A stretch of 64,000 nt of DNA from Marsupella aquatica (GCA_973895155.1 OZ316894.1:434001-498000), one strand, 5' to 3'. Shown: positions 48,821-62,316, counted from the first letter of the stretch. Numbers and translations are program-made. The notes: generated from the letters alone by a model not told the origin.

Positions 48821-50153
48821 CCCTCCATTCAGGATCTCCCTTCTCGAGGCAGATCTTGCCCTCCATTCGGGATCGCCCTTCACGATGGAAATCTTGGTCC
48901 TTCATTCAGGCTGCTCTACCCGCGGCCAATCTGGGGTGTCCATTCAGGGTGCTCAATCCGCAGCTAATCTCCGCCCTCCATTTAAAAATGAACGGCCAGA
49001 TTGTTAGGATTTAGGACATTCCTGCATCACCATCCAACGGACAGCTGCTATTGGACGGCCCAGATTTTGTTCACCGGGCCGGTGGTTTCCTGGGCAGGCG
49101 TTACTTAATCTAGGAGAGCAGCAGGATGCGGCCACTTCCCATTTCACTTTCTGGAAACGCCGTCAGGTTGGAAGTTTGTCGTCTGTGCAGGAGCCATTTC
49201 CATCTCGGCCGGGATGAGCTTTCTCTCGCATTCTAGTCATTCTCCTTCATGCCTCTCATTCCGTGTTCATCGAGAGCTTGAGTAGATTCGGGTGTTTTGT
49301 CTAGGCTCGAGATGACCGGCTGCGGTGAATGTGGGTGCGGCTGTGAGTTGACGGTTGGAGCACAACTCAGCTTTGAGTGGCCTGGTTTTTATTTCTCTTT
49401 CCATATCAATTGCTTTGGATGTATGCCATCTTTTTGAATGTGTGCCATACTTGTTTTTTTATATGCTTATGTCGGTCATTCTAATGAACATTTGCCGCTC
49501 TATTTGGAATCTGTTAATGTTGATGCTGAACATGACTGCTGAAGGTTTTTCTCTTTTGTTACTCCCGTTCTGACCTATGTTGCCGCTGTGTAGCAATAAG
49601 ATCTAGTGGAGTTAAGGACAAAGTCGCTCAATCATGCCTCCGAAAACATTCCAAGGTGTTTTGACTGTTTTAATTCTTGCATTCGGTTTTGTTCAGTACT
49701 CCCTCAATGAAGATGAGGGGCGTTCGGGCCGCTTCAGATGTAGACTGCTGGGGGTCGCTTGACACTCGTTCATCTCTTCCCTTGTAGGACTCATCTTGAA
49801 TCGTTATAGACCCAAAACGAGGCTTCGGCTAACTGATCAATGCTTTCCCCATGAATGATGAAGCAGAGATCGCCAGAGAGCTTGCGCCTTTGATGCAAGT
49901 GGAGTTTGATAGTTTAAACATCAGTGCGAGAGGAGCTTAATAATGGTTTAATGATTGCCAGCCAGATTCCAGATTCCAGACCAGAATTTGAACTCCCAGA
50001 ATTACTAGATAATTTATTTGATTGTGCCTGTGTTTTGTTAGGTATTTACTGTTACATCTAGGTTAGGTACGACGTGGTTTGGTACAACAACATGGTTAGG
50101 TTAACTAAGTTGCACACTATATCATAAGAGGTGTGTGCTTGGATAAGGAGAAC

Positions 50154-50800
50154 TGTAGTAGTTGATAAAAGACTAAAAACACAATTTTATCTCTATCGAC
50201 TCGGTATTCGTTCCCTTTAAGAACAAGATGGGGTTGATTTGATAAATAAAACACAAATGAGAGTTTAAAGATACTCTCTAACACATAGTAATCAAAATTG
50301 ATTACTTTACTCAGGTATTTTGAAGATCGCTCCACAGCGGTGAGTAGTTTTTAATGGTAACTTAGCATTTGGTAACCATCAAATAATAAAATGAAACAAT
50401 TAATAAAACAAAAGGAAAATATCTTAACGTATGATAAGGGAGTCTGGAATTTACCAAGGTTACTCCTTATTCATAAGTCTAAATGAAAAGACTTTAAAGG
50501 AATCCAAATCCATAATGCTTTTCGGATCTAAAAGTGCTTACTAGAGTACTCTTTTAAAGTGTCGTCAACACATCTTGACTTTTCTTCCTAAGTGATACTT
50601 ATTCAAGATCTAAAAGGGTAATTACTTCAGCATTTAGATGGTACTAAGCAACATGAAAGTGAAGACATCAATTCCATTTTGACTAAACTCAATGAGTTAA
50701 CTCTAAAAAAGAATTTGAGAGATTATAATGTGTCACCAACAGGGAGTCTGACATCACAACTCTCGAGATTTGCACTTTGAAGTTTTACTTCCATGATTTA
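50154..50800 (-). mobile_element. 3'-terminal fragment (D2) of a diverged D-family cassette
   Basis: Reverse complement aligns to ~12510-13156 (e.g. CAACCCCATCTTGTTCTTAAAGGGAACGAATACCGAGT) and ends CTACA. Confidence 0.8.
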
Positions 50801-51071
50801 TGTGATACCTAGCCAGGAATCACTTCAGGGTTAGGGTTTAGGGTGTCATCCCCAGTTTTCCTTGGAATGGATTTTTTATAAATTTTAATACCGTGAAACC
50901 CCACGGATAGGGGGGGGACAACAAAGGCCAATGCAGCCAGAACCTAACAACACAGCAGGGGCAACAGTCCGGGGCCAACACACCCCAGCAGCCCCACACC
51001 CCCAACAGGGCCCCTGGGAGCCCAAGAAAACTAATGAGCAACTAACAATGACACTACCACGCCAAAAGACA

Positions 51072-54000
51072 TCACACCACACCACCACCAAAGCGAAGCT
51101 GACCAGCCCGAAACCAATCCTGACGATGAAAAGCAAGCCATTCGCCGGCCCGGCTCACCTGGGCATGACGTCTGCCAAGCGGAAAACGGCAGCCCACAGC
51201 AAACAAATGATCTACCGTCTCAGTGAGCACCAAACCAAAATCGAATTTCCTACCAACACCGGCCTGGAACATATGATCATTACGGGCCTTCCAAATCATC
51301 CACAACATTTGGTAAAGCATAAACAGCTTCACAGAATGAGTAACTTCCTTCCCCAGGGAATCATCCAACAGGGGCAGTAGACCAACACCCAAAGGCACCC
51401 GCAGAGTCCCAAGCACATCCCTATACATCTGCCAGCACCTGATAGCAAACCTGCATTGAACAAACAGATGTGGCATCGACTCCAGCAGCCCACTGCAATA
51501 CTTGCATTCGCCGTTACTAGCTTTAATTCTAAGAGCCCTCTCACCCGTGAACAGACCCCCAACAATCACCCTCCATATGAAGGTCTTGGCCCTGCAAGAG
51601 AGATCGGACCTCCACAGCTGACTCCATCTCTTATTCCACTCCATCTCAGTCCCATTCGATGACCAGATACAGTTCAGACGCTCATAGAATGACATAGATG
51701 GTCTAAGAAACTCATACACCCTGCAATTGGCAATATCAAAGTTCTTCAAGGGCCCAACCTTATCAGCCCATCTCCACCTCCGAGCCCCAGGGTCCAGGTT
51801 CAGGGTACAGGAGCCAGACGCCCAGATCTTCGCCAAAAATGCCTTAGTCAAACCGCGTTGCTCCTCAGAGAAACCCCTCATTTGATGCCACCGCAGGGGC
51901 ATCTCCTTCCAACCAGCACTCTCCGTACACCATCCATCCCTAATACTTCTCAAGCCCAGCCTGCCACAAATGGCAGTGATCCCTAATATATCCTCGTTTG
52001 GCAGCGAGTTAAACTCTGTAATGCATCTCAGGGTATCCTGAATGCTCCAGCGCCCAGGAATACCCCACATCCCAGGTTCAAACAAGAGATGTGCTCTCAC
52101 CTGCTCCCAGGCCTTCCACAGACCAGCGGTATATGAAAGACCACCTCCGGTGCGGGGAGAACACAACAAAAGCTTATCCTTGAGCGAATACTGATTCCTG
52201 CGTATGACTTTGTAATTCAACCAGCCCATTAAGGAGAGGTTGCAGCAAGCATTCTAGCCCATTCCAGATCAGGGGAATTCAGAGCTTTAATAAACCATTG
52301 TGACAAAAGAGCATCTGAGTGGCTCTTAAAGTCTTTAAAGCCCAGGCCACCTTCGACCTTTGGCAGAGACATCTTTGCCCAAGCAACCAACGGAATTTTC
52401 CTCCCTCCAGCAGGATTATAACCCCACAAGAAGTTGCGACTGAGAGCACTCAGTTTCATTGCCAACTCGGCTGAAGCTTTGAAATGCATGACGTGATAAA
52501 TTGGGATTGCCTGCAACACATGTTTTACTAATAAGGTCCTCCCTGTAAATGAGAGCAGCTTGTTAGTCCAAGATGCTAGCCGACCACTCACTTTATCCAG
52601 ACAGAATTTGTGAAGTTGCTCCATCCTCAAACCCACACCAATGGGGGCCCCAAGGTACTTTTGTATCTCCCCTCTCTGGCAACGTGACATCCAACTTCCA
52701 GCAGCCACCGTGGGATGACATTAAGAGCCAGCGGGATCACCACAGATTTACGCAGGTTCAACCGGGCTCCAAAGGCCGTCTCATAGCACGCCAACGCCAC
52801 CGTGGCCTCCTTGAAAGCCTGCTCTGAGGCAGGAATAAACATACCCACATCATCCGCAAACAGACGATAACAGATAGTCAATGTTTCTGAAATTGCAATA
52901 CCACTCATCCTACCCGCAGCCAACTCCGCATCTAGGAAGTCCATTAATGGTTGGGTTGAAATGACAAAAAGCAGTGGCGATAGAGGACAGCCTTGACGCA
53001 CACCCCTTAGCAATTCAATCGGCCCAGAGCAATAACCATTCACCAAAACCCTCGATGAAGCTTGCAAAAGAAGAGCTTGTGCAAGCTTAATGAAATGACT
53101 GCTTATGCCCAATACGTGCATAGTCTCCCATATATACTCATGGTTAACTCGATCAAACGCCTTTTCAAAGTCCAACTTAAGAAAAAGTGATTCAGCCTTC
53201 TGCTTCTGCACCCAATCGCACGCCAACCATGCCAGTGAAATGTTCTCCAGGATATGACGACCTGGGATAAAACCAGTCTGCTGCGGGCTGATCATCTGGT
53301 TCAATAGAGGCTTCAGCCGCAAAGCCAAGATCTTGGCAATGATCTTGTATACCGTGTTGAGCATCGTGAGCGGTCGCCAGTCTTTAAGGAGTCATTTATC
53401 AGGTTTTTTCGGAATAAGCTTGATGATCCCCTCCTTGATCCCCCTGTCCAGCTCCCCAGTAAGCCAGAATGCTTGAATCATCTCTACCAGATCTTCTCCA
53501 ATAAAGTCCCAACAAGCACGGTACACCTCTGCAGTCATCCCGTCCGGCCCAGGTGATTTGTCGCAAGGGAGCATCCATAATACATCTTTCACTTCCTTAG
53601 TTGTGGGCAAAGCATCCATTCTCCTCATTGCCCCATTCGAAAGTGTTCTGCAGAAGCCTTGACCGTTCCCTCCTTTGCACCACTCCCTCGTCCCAGGTCA
53701 TTTCAGGAGGAGAGTAAAGAGCCGAGCACATCCGCTGTACTTCCTTCAGTATAATCCGTGGTTCTGTAATCTCCGTTCCATCATCTCTTATCAGCAACTT
53801 CATTGCTTCCCGAGCTTGCTTTGCTCTGATAGTGGCAAAAAAGAATTTAGAAGATTCCTCTCCTTCTCCCAGCCATTTAACTCTTGCAAGTCTACGGCCT
53901 CTGTTCGCCACTTCAAATTCTGTCGAATGCAAAGTATCCTCCATTAACACGTAATCCAGAATGTCTGTCTCAGTCTGTGAGTCCAAAATGGCATTTTTAA

Positions 54001-54982
54001 GAGCGCACAATTTTTCCCTTAAGAACTCCAGTTCTTCCTCTGCCTCCTTTGGTCGTGCCTGCAGCGCCTTATAAGTACTTCTTAGTTGCATACTTTCCTT
54101 GGCAAACCGAAGGTGAGGTCCATGAATCCTCTCCTCCCCTCCTTCCAGGCCAACTCGAGCAGCTCCACGTCGGCCTGCCTCCTAAGTAAAGCCGGATTTG
54201 CCTTGAAAAACTTTGCTTTACCTCTCTCCCCATCAGTACAATTTCCTTGCAGCCAAACCCACAACATAATCGGGTCATGATCCGATAATGCAGAACCCCC
54301 CTCATGTCGCAACTCCATAATTTTGCCTAGCCACCAGCCTTTGCCGCTAATATAAAAACGGTCCAGTCTGGACTACAACCAAACTCCATTCCGGTTCCTT
54401 CTCCATGTGAACTTAGCTCCCACAGCACCACCTCTTAGTGTGTACACATCTTCCATGTCAAACCAAACTTTAAGAAATCTCCAGAACTCCGCCTCCCGGC
54501 CACCGATAAGAGATGAGCCACCAGTTGAGTCCTGTTGCAACTCAGTCATGTTGAAGTCCCCACAGAGAATCCAATTCTCCGTTGGTAGCCCCACCTTGAG
54601 GTCATACCACAGCACGGCCCTTTGTTGTGCTGAATTACGCGCATAAATTGATACTACTCCCGTCCTTTCTCCATCAATCTCCAGGATAATCCACACCGCC
54701 CGCCCCAGTTTTAACAGTCCCGATGCCACTACCTTCAACTCCGGGTGAACTAGCAGAGCTGCCTCCTCTGCCCTCATCACGAGCCGACGAGAAGAATTGA
54801 TACGTAGGGAGGATAGCCCTCAAAGCCAAATCCAGGCAAAATTGTTCAGCTTTAACTTCTTGTAGAGCCAGGATGCTGATAGGGGCCCGTAATGACTGCA
54901 CCCAATTCTTTACTACATGCTTACGATTTGTCTCACATAAACCACACACATTCCATGACGCCAACAACAGCAATTCGCCCAT
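51072..54982 (-). pseudogene. LINE ORF2 (AP endonuclease, RT, zf-RVT), multiple frameshifts
   Basis: SWNVCGL, LQE, GDFN, SDH; KSPGPDG, LDFEKAFD, GVRQGCPLSP, FADD; CKYC...HLFVQC. Confidence 0.9.
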
Positions 54983-55038
54983 CTAGCCTAAATTTGAATC
55001 ACCGAAGCAGCAGTCTCCATCTCTGCCTCCGAGTTGAG

Positions 55039-57209
55039 TTAAATTTGAGCGCGTCCCCCTGGAGACATCTCCACATCCGAGCTAATTCTCAGGTTGCCTG
55101 AGACCGCAGCAAAAGGTATCAACTTAAGCCAGTTACCACCCCTGTTTACACCAGAGGACCCCTCTCCCACAACCTTACCTATCTCCTCTCCATCGGATCG
55201 CTCGGTACCTGCCAGCCCTTTGTGTCCCCGTGAGGACCTGTCACCGCCACCTGCATCAGACAAGCATCCTCGTGAGAAGCTTAGGGAACGTTGTTTCTTG
55301 GAATCACCTTTCAGTTTGTCTTTGGTAACAGTGGGAGGAGTTCTCAGCTCCTGCTTCCGTGCTCTGGCCTTGAGTTTACTGTTTGAAATGTAAGTCTCAT
55401 ATTCAGACATCTCAGCGTCCGAATCACCATGATACGAGAAAGCTTCTTTGCCAGAGTCCCCCCAATTAAAGTCAGAGGCCTGTAGCAGTCTAGAGTTCCC
55501 TTGCTCCGCAGGAAAAGGGGGCGGCTCAAAAATCAAAGCCTTGGCATCCAGCACAGTCTCCTTCCTTCCATACTCGCTCCTGCACGCCAATGGGAGAACC
55601 ACCTCCACCGGAGCCAACTCATTTCTAGCCACCACTGCCAAGGGCATCCCCGCATTCAGATGAACAGGCTCACCTGTCATTAAGCCCGAACCCTCAGCCC
55701 GGTTTTTGTGCCTGCTACTCTCAGAGACCATCCTCTCGATCTGCTCCATATCTACCTCCACAGCCTTCCTCTGCTGGTTTTCCACCTGCAATGCCCTGGC
55801 CTCCCTGAATTCCGCCCTGGCCTTGGCGTTATCCAAAGCCCGTTGAGCCTCTTCCGCATCTGCTTCTGAATGGCGTTCATCATCCTTCTCATCTGGAATC
55901 TCTGCTTCAACCACCACAGGCGGCTCATATGCCCCTGATTCTCCGCAATTACGCGCCAGGTGACCCTTCTTATTACATTTATAACAGTGATATGGAATGT
56001 TGCGAAATGTCACTGGTTGCCATATCACGATATCATCCCTAATTCAAATTCTAACACTAGCAGGGACCTCCCGATCCGTGTCCCAGAGAATGCACGCTCT
56101 ATCATGGGGGAAGGAGCTAAACTGATCTCCCTGGATGTAGTAAAGCAGAGGGCCCAGTGAGCAAGCAATCTGCCTCCTGCATCCCTCCAATGCAAGATCC
56201 CGAAAAGGAAGCTCTATCCATACCGGCAGCTTAGTGAATGTCTCATTTTTAATGTCAAAAGAGGGGTCCCATGGGAACGTGTATACAAATCTATCCATAA
56301 ACCATGGGGCAGAGTTTAGCGCCATGTCCCGATGATCCGGATGCTCAAAGACAATCATATAAAACCCCTTCCCCACAAATTTAATCTGGAGGACTGGCCA
56401 ATTACCTTGGCTAGTCATCACCTCCTCCACCCACTCTCGAAACACCTGTAGCAGAGGTGGCCTGTCCGCGAAGAAGCACATAAGTGCACAATTATACAGT
56501 TGTCTCACGTTGAGAGCAGCTTCCGCCATAGTCCAATCAAGAGTTGTGAAAAGCTTCTTATCAAGATTCCCTTTAGATCGAATCCCAATATTTTGTAGAA
56601 TTCGCACACATTCCTCAGAAGCCTCCTCAACAGGAATCCTCAGCTCCCCCAGTGCAGACTCCCGTCGGCCCACATCTCTCAGCGCATTTTCTAAGTCCAG
56701 CCATATATGCCCCCTACTACAGGATCACCTCCAGGCATCTCGCTTTCCACCTCCATCAGATCCCCCCAGTCCAGACGCGCTTGTGAGTCTACAATGCTTC
56801 TAATCCCGATAGCCGAGCTACTGCCACCTCTGACCGGCAGTAAACCCCGACTCACCTCCGAATCTCGCCTGGCATCTTGAGCCGAGAATCGCTCCCGCAA
56901 CCCCCCGTTTTTGTCCCCTGAATGCTCCTTTCTTCCAGGGTCCTCTGCCTCGCTAGTGCCACCATACTGAAGCTCCGCGGGCCCCCTCTCAAGCTGCCTC
57001 CCGAACTCACCCATCTCCCTACCGGTCGTAGGAATGCGTCCGCCTCTCACCCCTCTATCTTGCACCAAGGGTTCCACCTTTCCGTAGTAATCCATTGTTG
57101 CCATAGTATCTTCCCTGCTTCCACAGTCACAAGGTAACAACAATGCAACCAAGCGAAAGGTAAGAAAACAAATCGGACGTACCTTCTCCCACTTCAGAGC
57201 GACTCCCAA
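55039..57209 (-). pseudogene. LINE ORF1 (DUF4283-type RNA-binding region and CCHC knuckle), frameshifted
   Basis: APWFMDR...PVWIELP, CYKCNKKGHLARNC. Confidence 0.75.
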
Positions 57210-57954
57210 TCAGAATCCCCGCATCTCCCAATCACTTACATACATATGATCTCTGGAGTCACGATGAGCTGCTCCACCACGATTTCAGAGTGACACCGCA
57301 ATAGTGCTCCTTTGAGATCCTAGTGAAGAATCCCACAGTACAGCGCAAATGCCCACCTATCATCTAGAGTCAGAATCCACCAGAACATTCCTCCCGTTTT
57401 GACTCTCGAAAAAGACGTGGTATAGCATCCTCCTGGTGCAGCGGCCCTGTGCCAATGTCACCCTTATACCCCACCAAACGCGCTTCACGGGGACCAACCT
57501 CAGCAAGAAAGTGTCCCCTCATCCACCGCCTTGAAGTGGCAGAGTCCACCGTTGCGTTGTGACCTTACTGGCACAACCTAAATCTTGCTACAGCCGCGAT
57601 AACCCCCAGCCAAGATACCTGGGTCAAATCAACTCTCACTTGTCACCGCCTACCTAAATGCTTATGCCATCCTTCTGGGCAGCACAGCTCGAGTCTCCGC
57701 ATTCCAATCCGGATCCCTTCCTATCACTCGTTAAGTGTATACACAGCCCACACGTTAAGTGTATACACAGCCCGGCGCCGCCTGTGCGCCTTTTCAGTTC
57801 AGCTCAGTCCCCTTCCAATCCCACATCACATTGTCATCCCCAGTTTTCACATGTGGCATACCAGTTTTTTAAGTACTGGTGTTATTTGGGAATATTGGGG
57901 GTCAGTTTCACCCCCAGTTTGTTGTGTGCGCATTTTGGAGGGGTTAGGGGTGGG

Positions 57955-58645
57955 GGTACCCCCCAATTTTTGGGGTGCGTGTACTAGGGGGCGAGTGCCA
58001 CCCTACTGTAGCATTTGGGGGTGTAACGAGTTGGGGGTGAGGGTGGGGGGGGGTTCCATGGAGGTTGAGGATGAGGGTGGCCCCAAGTTTTGGGGGTGCG
58101 TGCACATGGGGGCATGTGCAACCCTAATTGAGCATTGGGGGTGTAACAAGCTGGGGGTGAGGGTGGGGGAGGGGTTCCATGGGGGTTGAGGATGAGGGTG
58201 GCCCCCAGTTTTGGGGGTGCGTGCACATGGGGGCGTGTGCAACCCTAATGTAGCATTGGGGGTGTAACGAGCTGGGGTGAGGGTGGGGGAGGGGTTCCAT
58301 GGGGGTTGAGGGTGAGGGTGGCCCCCAGTTTTGGGGGTGGGTGTACTAGGGGGCGAGTGCCACCCTACTATAGCATTTGGGGGTGTAACGAGCTGGGGGT
58401 GAGGGTGGGGGAGGGGTTCCATGGGGGTTGAGGGTGAGGGTGGCCCCCAATTTTGGGGGTGCGTGCACATGGGGGCGTGTGCAACCCTAATTGAGCATTG
58501 GGGGTGTAACAAGCTGGGGGTGAGGGTGGGGGAGCGGTTCTATGGGGGTTGAGGGTGAGGGCGGCCCCTAGTTTTGGGGGTGCATGCACATGGGGGTGAG
58601 GGTGCTCCAAATTGGGGGTGAGGGTGATCCAAATTGGGGATGAAT
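57955..58645 (+). repeat. G-rich ~120-bp minisatellite, ~5 copies in two variants
   Basis: Units containing GGGGGTGTAAC...GGGGGTGAGGGTGGGGGAGGGGTTCCATGG at ~120-bp period. Confidence 0.9.
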
Positions 58646-58667
58646 CATCCCCAATGTATGCATACTA

Positions 58668-61090
58668 TGTTAGGGTTTCGACTCAACCTTGGCTAGGTTA
58701 ACTAGAGTAAGTTAACCGGAGTTAACATTAGTTGACTAGACTCTTCATGAAGGGATAACCCTCTTGGTGTCCCATGGAGAAAGAACACTTAGTTGAGAAC
58801 TTTGAGAGAGAGAGAGAGAGCTTGGACCATGGAGCTATGGTGATATGTACTTTTTGTGTTCATAGTGAAGCTCTTGGTGCAGCCGTGGACGTAGCCCTGA
58901 CAGGGTGAACCATGTATCTTTGCGTCGGTGTACCGGAGTGTTGTATGACTGATGATTATGAGACGTCATGCTGTCTGTTTTGATCCTACAATTGGTATCA
59001 GAGCTTTGGTTCGGGATCAGCTGATGTCTTAACGGTTTATCGTGATTGATTGATGGTTTTTGGGGGCACGGTGGAAGTGTGACATACGAAGTGGTGATCG
59101 GATAAGGAGGTCTACGGAGTGGAAACTTGCACGTTTAGTTGAGAGATTATTCACATATGGCTGAGAAATTTCAATCTTCATATTAGATGGTTTTTCGACG
59201 GTTTTTGAGGTCCCGACTTGATTACCGAGGGGAACGTGGCTTCCGTGATATGATTTTGGTTTCTTGTAAGATGTTCGTGATCGTTAAAGGAAAATTGGTG
59301 TGAGTGGTGTTGCTATGGAATGCGGTGGTGAAGAAATCAATGTGTTTCATTGAGTTGTCGCAAAGAACTCTTGGATTGAGTTGAGCTTGAAAGTCCCGGC
59401 TATGGTGGCTAGGTCAAAATCAGTGATCTTAATCGAATTCTATCTCCCTCAATTCTTCACCGTTTTCATAGTTCTTTACATTGATTTGAAGCGCCTTGAA
59501 GTCTAGTTTCAGAATCTGAAATCGGTTTTGCTTTTTGTTAAAACCCCAAAGAGCTATCTTAGATATCCCGCCGGGGGGGTAAGTCTGCCGCGAGTATTTA
59601 CTCGCGCGGGATGGCGCGCGGACGCGAAAAAAGGGTCGAGGGGAGTGACAGGGGGTTCGAGGGGGCCAAGGGGGCACGTGGCAGCCCCTGGGCAGCTCTG
59701 AAAATTTTCCCAAAGGGCCTGTACAAGGGTTGCGGGAATTTAAGGAAAATATACTTTTTCCAGCAAACTCGTTTTGCGACGGAATCAAAATTTCGGCAAA
59801 TCATTCAATGTTGTATTGACAAAATATTTTTCAAGGGCATACTTGAGGGAGTTGAGTAGGGGCTTGTGCAAACGATTTGTCAAACCGACTTCTCTTGCGG
59901 ATTTGAGTGAATTGATTATCCTCGGGGGTCCAATTTTGATGTTTTAACCCCCTCTTACTCGGCGGTAAAAATATCTCAACTGAGATATGTTTTTGCCAAA
60001 CGGATTTTGGGACAAAATCCGATACCTTCTAGGGTACCCAGGAGTGCTCTTGGATTTCAATTTCAGAAACTTTCATTTTTGGTCATTTTGTGGCTGATGC
60101 TGTCGTGCTGCCGTGTGCTGTTTGCAAATTTGCGTGAAATTGAGAAGCTACAAAGTGATTTTTGGCACTTCAAGGTCCTAGGGGTGTACAATGGCTCCAT
60201 CAAAAGTTACTAGTGCCAAATATGAGGTGGAGAAGTTTACCGGCCACAATAATTTTACGTTATGGCAAGTTCAAATGCAAGACGTGTTAGTTTTGCAAGG
60301 TTTGGGTGCAGCATTGAAAAGTCAACCATCGGCAATGTCTGAGGAGGATTGGGAGGACATCTGTGCACGAGCTCTCAGCTTAATCCGGTTGCACTTGGCA
60401 TCTGATGTTCTACTCCAAGTGTTGACTGAGGATTCACCGACAAAGCTATGGGAACGACTCAAACAGATGTACCAAAAGAAATTCTTGGTAACTCGCTTAT
60501 ACACTACCTTGAAGTTGATGACACTGCACATGATGGAAGGTACAAAACTTGCCGATCATATTGATACCTTTAACTTGATAGTGTTCGAGTTGGCCACTCT
60601 CAATCTTATCTCCTTCTTCTTATCTCCTTGCCCAAATCGTACAAGCATTTGACTCAGACCGTACTCTATGGTAAGGATCAGATTTCCTATGATGAGATGG
60701 TGAGCACTCTTCTTGCGGATGACAGTAGGAAGAAAATGCATGTAACCTCTCATGCTTCCTCTTCTGCTTTATCAGTAATGAAGAGTCGATTTAAACCAAA
60801 AACATCAATTCCTCAACGCTCTCGATCCAAGATTTTGGATTCAAAAGGTGTGGAGTGTTGGAATTGTGGCAAGACAGGCCACATCAAAAGGAATTGAAAA
60901 AACAAACCAAAGCTTGCTTTTCATCAGTCTAGTTTGGTTGTGTCTGATGATGAAGGACTTTCTTTGTGCACCGATTCTTCTATCGTGCATGAACTTGATT
61001 GGATTTTGGATTCTGCTTGTTCTTATCACATGACTCCGACAAGAGCCTTTTTTCATTCCTATGAATCCACTACCGGAAGTGTCTTCATCA
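58668..61090 (+). mobile_element. 3'-truncated Ty1/copia: 5' LTR (~58668-58990), tRNA-iMet PBS, decayed gag-PR
   Basis: TGTTAGG...CCTACA; TGGTATCAGAGC at 58993-59004; EKFTGHNNFTLWQ, CWNCGKTGHIKRN, WILDSACSYHMT. Confidence 0.8.
60191..61090 (+). pseudogene. gag: Copia gag and protease remnant
   Basis: Gag N-terminal motif, zinc knuckle broken by a stop, frameshift ~60600, LDSAC protease site. Confidence 0.8.
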
Positions 61091-61509
61091 GTTATCAGTG
61101 ACTTTCATCAGTCACTGATATCAGTCTGTGCCCAAAACTCAGCGACGCCGCCGACATGGACTTAATTCACACCCACAGTCAAACCCTATGTCGGCGTCCA
61201 CTCCGACATTGTTTTGGTTTGGACAATTAGTAATGTCGGCTGCCTCTTTGACCATCTTGGTGCCCTTTCTAACCATCTTGGCGCCCTCTCTAAGATATCC
61301 TTGGAGTGTTGTTCCATCTCGGCTGAGCTCGCCAAGATAAAAATATACCCAGCAACGTGTACAACATAGCATATCAAATAGGAGCCACATTAAGAACGTT
61401 TGGATGACACACTTTTTATTAAGCTTTGTACCAAACTTTACAACGATGTTGTCTATCTCAATTTTCTGAACTAAATTCCACTAGGCTGCGTCTCCATCTT
61501 CCATCCTCT

Positions 61510-62316
61510 CTACAGGGTAATTGTCTGGCAGACAAGGTCCACAACAATCTTTTGCCGCATGATGTCTATAAGTGCAAGGTCAAAGTTCAGTACGCCGCCT
61601 CCAGAAATACGCTCCATGTAGATAATGATATATACACCACAATTGTAATCATCCCCTTGACCTAGAATGTTGTCTCGGTAAATGCATGGCCATTCTAATG
61701 GACATAACAAGGTACGACCCCGCAAGATGGAGAGGACCGAAAGAAACTGAGCTACTTTGAACACTTCTGTGCCATCCTGTGCTTTGGGCACAAGCGGATC
61801 AAGTAAATGCAGTTGCCGCAAGGCAGTATCAACCACAACTAGTACCCAGTGTTTTGGCCGGTAGACGGGGATTAAAACGTACTCGTGCTCCCACATTTGA
61901 ATGCCCCGCCAATATGCCAACGCTGCGTTGAAGTTATATTCTGGAGTTGTCATCACTTGGTAAAAATGTGTTGGCAATAACATGGCCTTGGGTTTATGAA
62001 GGGTTTGTGCTCTTCGTTCGGACAGTAAAGCAATGTAAGCATTGATGACATCGCAAGTGATCCATTCTTTTGGCCTCAAGCATTTTAAATGTGCCCTCGT
62101 CAAGTGCACATCCTCGATTGTCACTATGACCTCTTTTTGGTCCGCCTTGGGGTCCAATGCCTTCTTCACTATTGCCAAAAATTTGGATGGTTGCTGTTGT
62201 GCGGGCACTCCTTTGTTTGCAAGCCCCACCTCTTTCACTCCTGCCCAGGGAGTCAGCCCCTCATTCACTGGTTGCTCAGGTCTCTCCTGAGCTGCAATGA
62301 AGGTAAATTCATTCAA
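61510..62316 (-). CDS. Ulp1/SENP-like cysteine protease (C48), probably transposon cargo; 5' structure uncertain
   Basis: LRPKEWITCDVINAY, HWVLVVVD, LLDPL, QGDDYNCGVY: His/Asp/Gln/Cys catalytic residues present. Confidence 0.82.
   Translation of the reverse strand: MNEFTFIAAQERPEQPVNEGLTPWAGVKEVGLANKGVPAQQQPSKFLAIVKKALDPKADQKEVIVTIEDVHLTRAHLKCLRPKEWITCDVINAYIALLSERRAQTLHKPKAMLLPTHFYQVMTTPEYNFNAALAYWRGIQMWEHEYVLIPVYRPKHWVLVVVDTALRQLHLLDPLVPKAQDGTEVFKVAQFLSVLSILRGRTLLCPLEWPCIYRDNILGQGDDYNCGVYIIIYMERISGGGVLNFDLALIDIMRQKIVVDLVCQTITL

Larger units (their letters stand above)
50861..57831 (-). mobile_element. Full-length, decayed L1-type LINE
   Basis: 17-bp TSD TGTCATCCCCAGTTTTC at 50844-50860 and 57832-57848; ORF1 and ORF2 remnants. 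Confidence 0.9.
50801..58667 (+). mobile_element. Element E: LTR-like start sharing the family-A terminus, interrupted by a LINE and then a copia
   Basis: TGTGATACCTAGCCAGGAATCAC (22/23 match to the A2 terminus) at the point where D2 homology stops. Confidence 0.55.

Noticed and set aside
49020-50150. Possible host gene fragment on the plus strand
   Set aside because: Splice-like signals but no convincing ORF or motif
50824-50843. Interstitial telomere
   Set aside because: Only three degenerate units; treated as part of element E
57984-58610. Pro/His-rich ORFs on the minus strand
   Set aside because: Translations of the G-rich minisatellite
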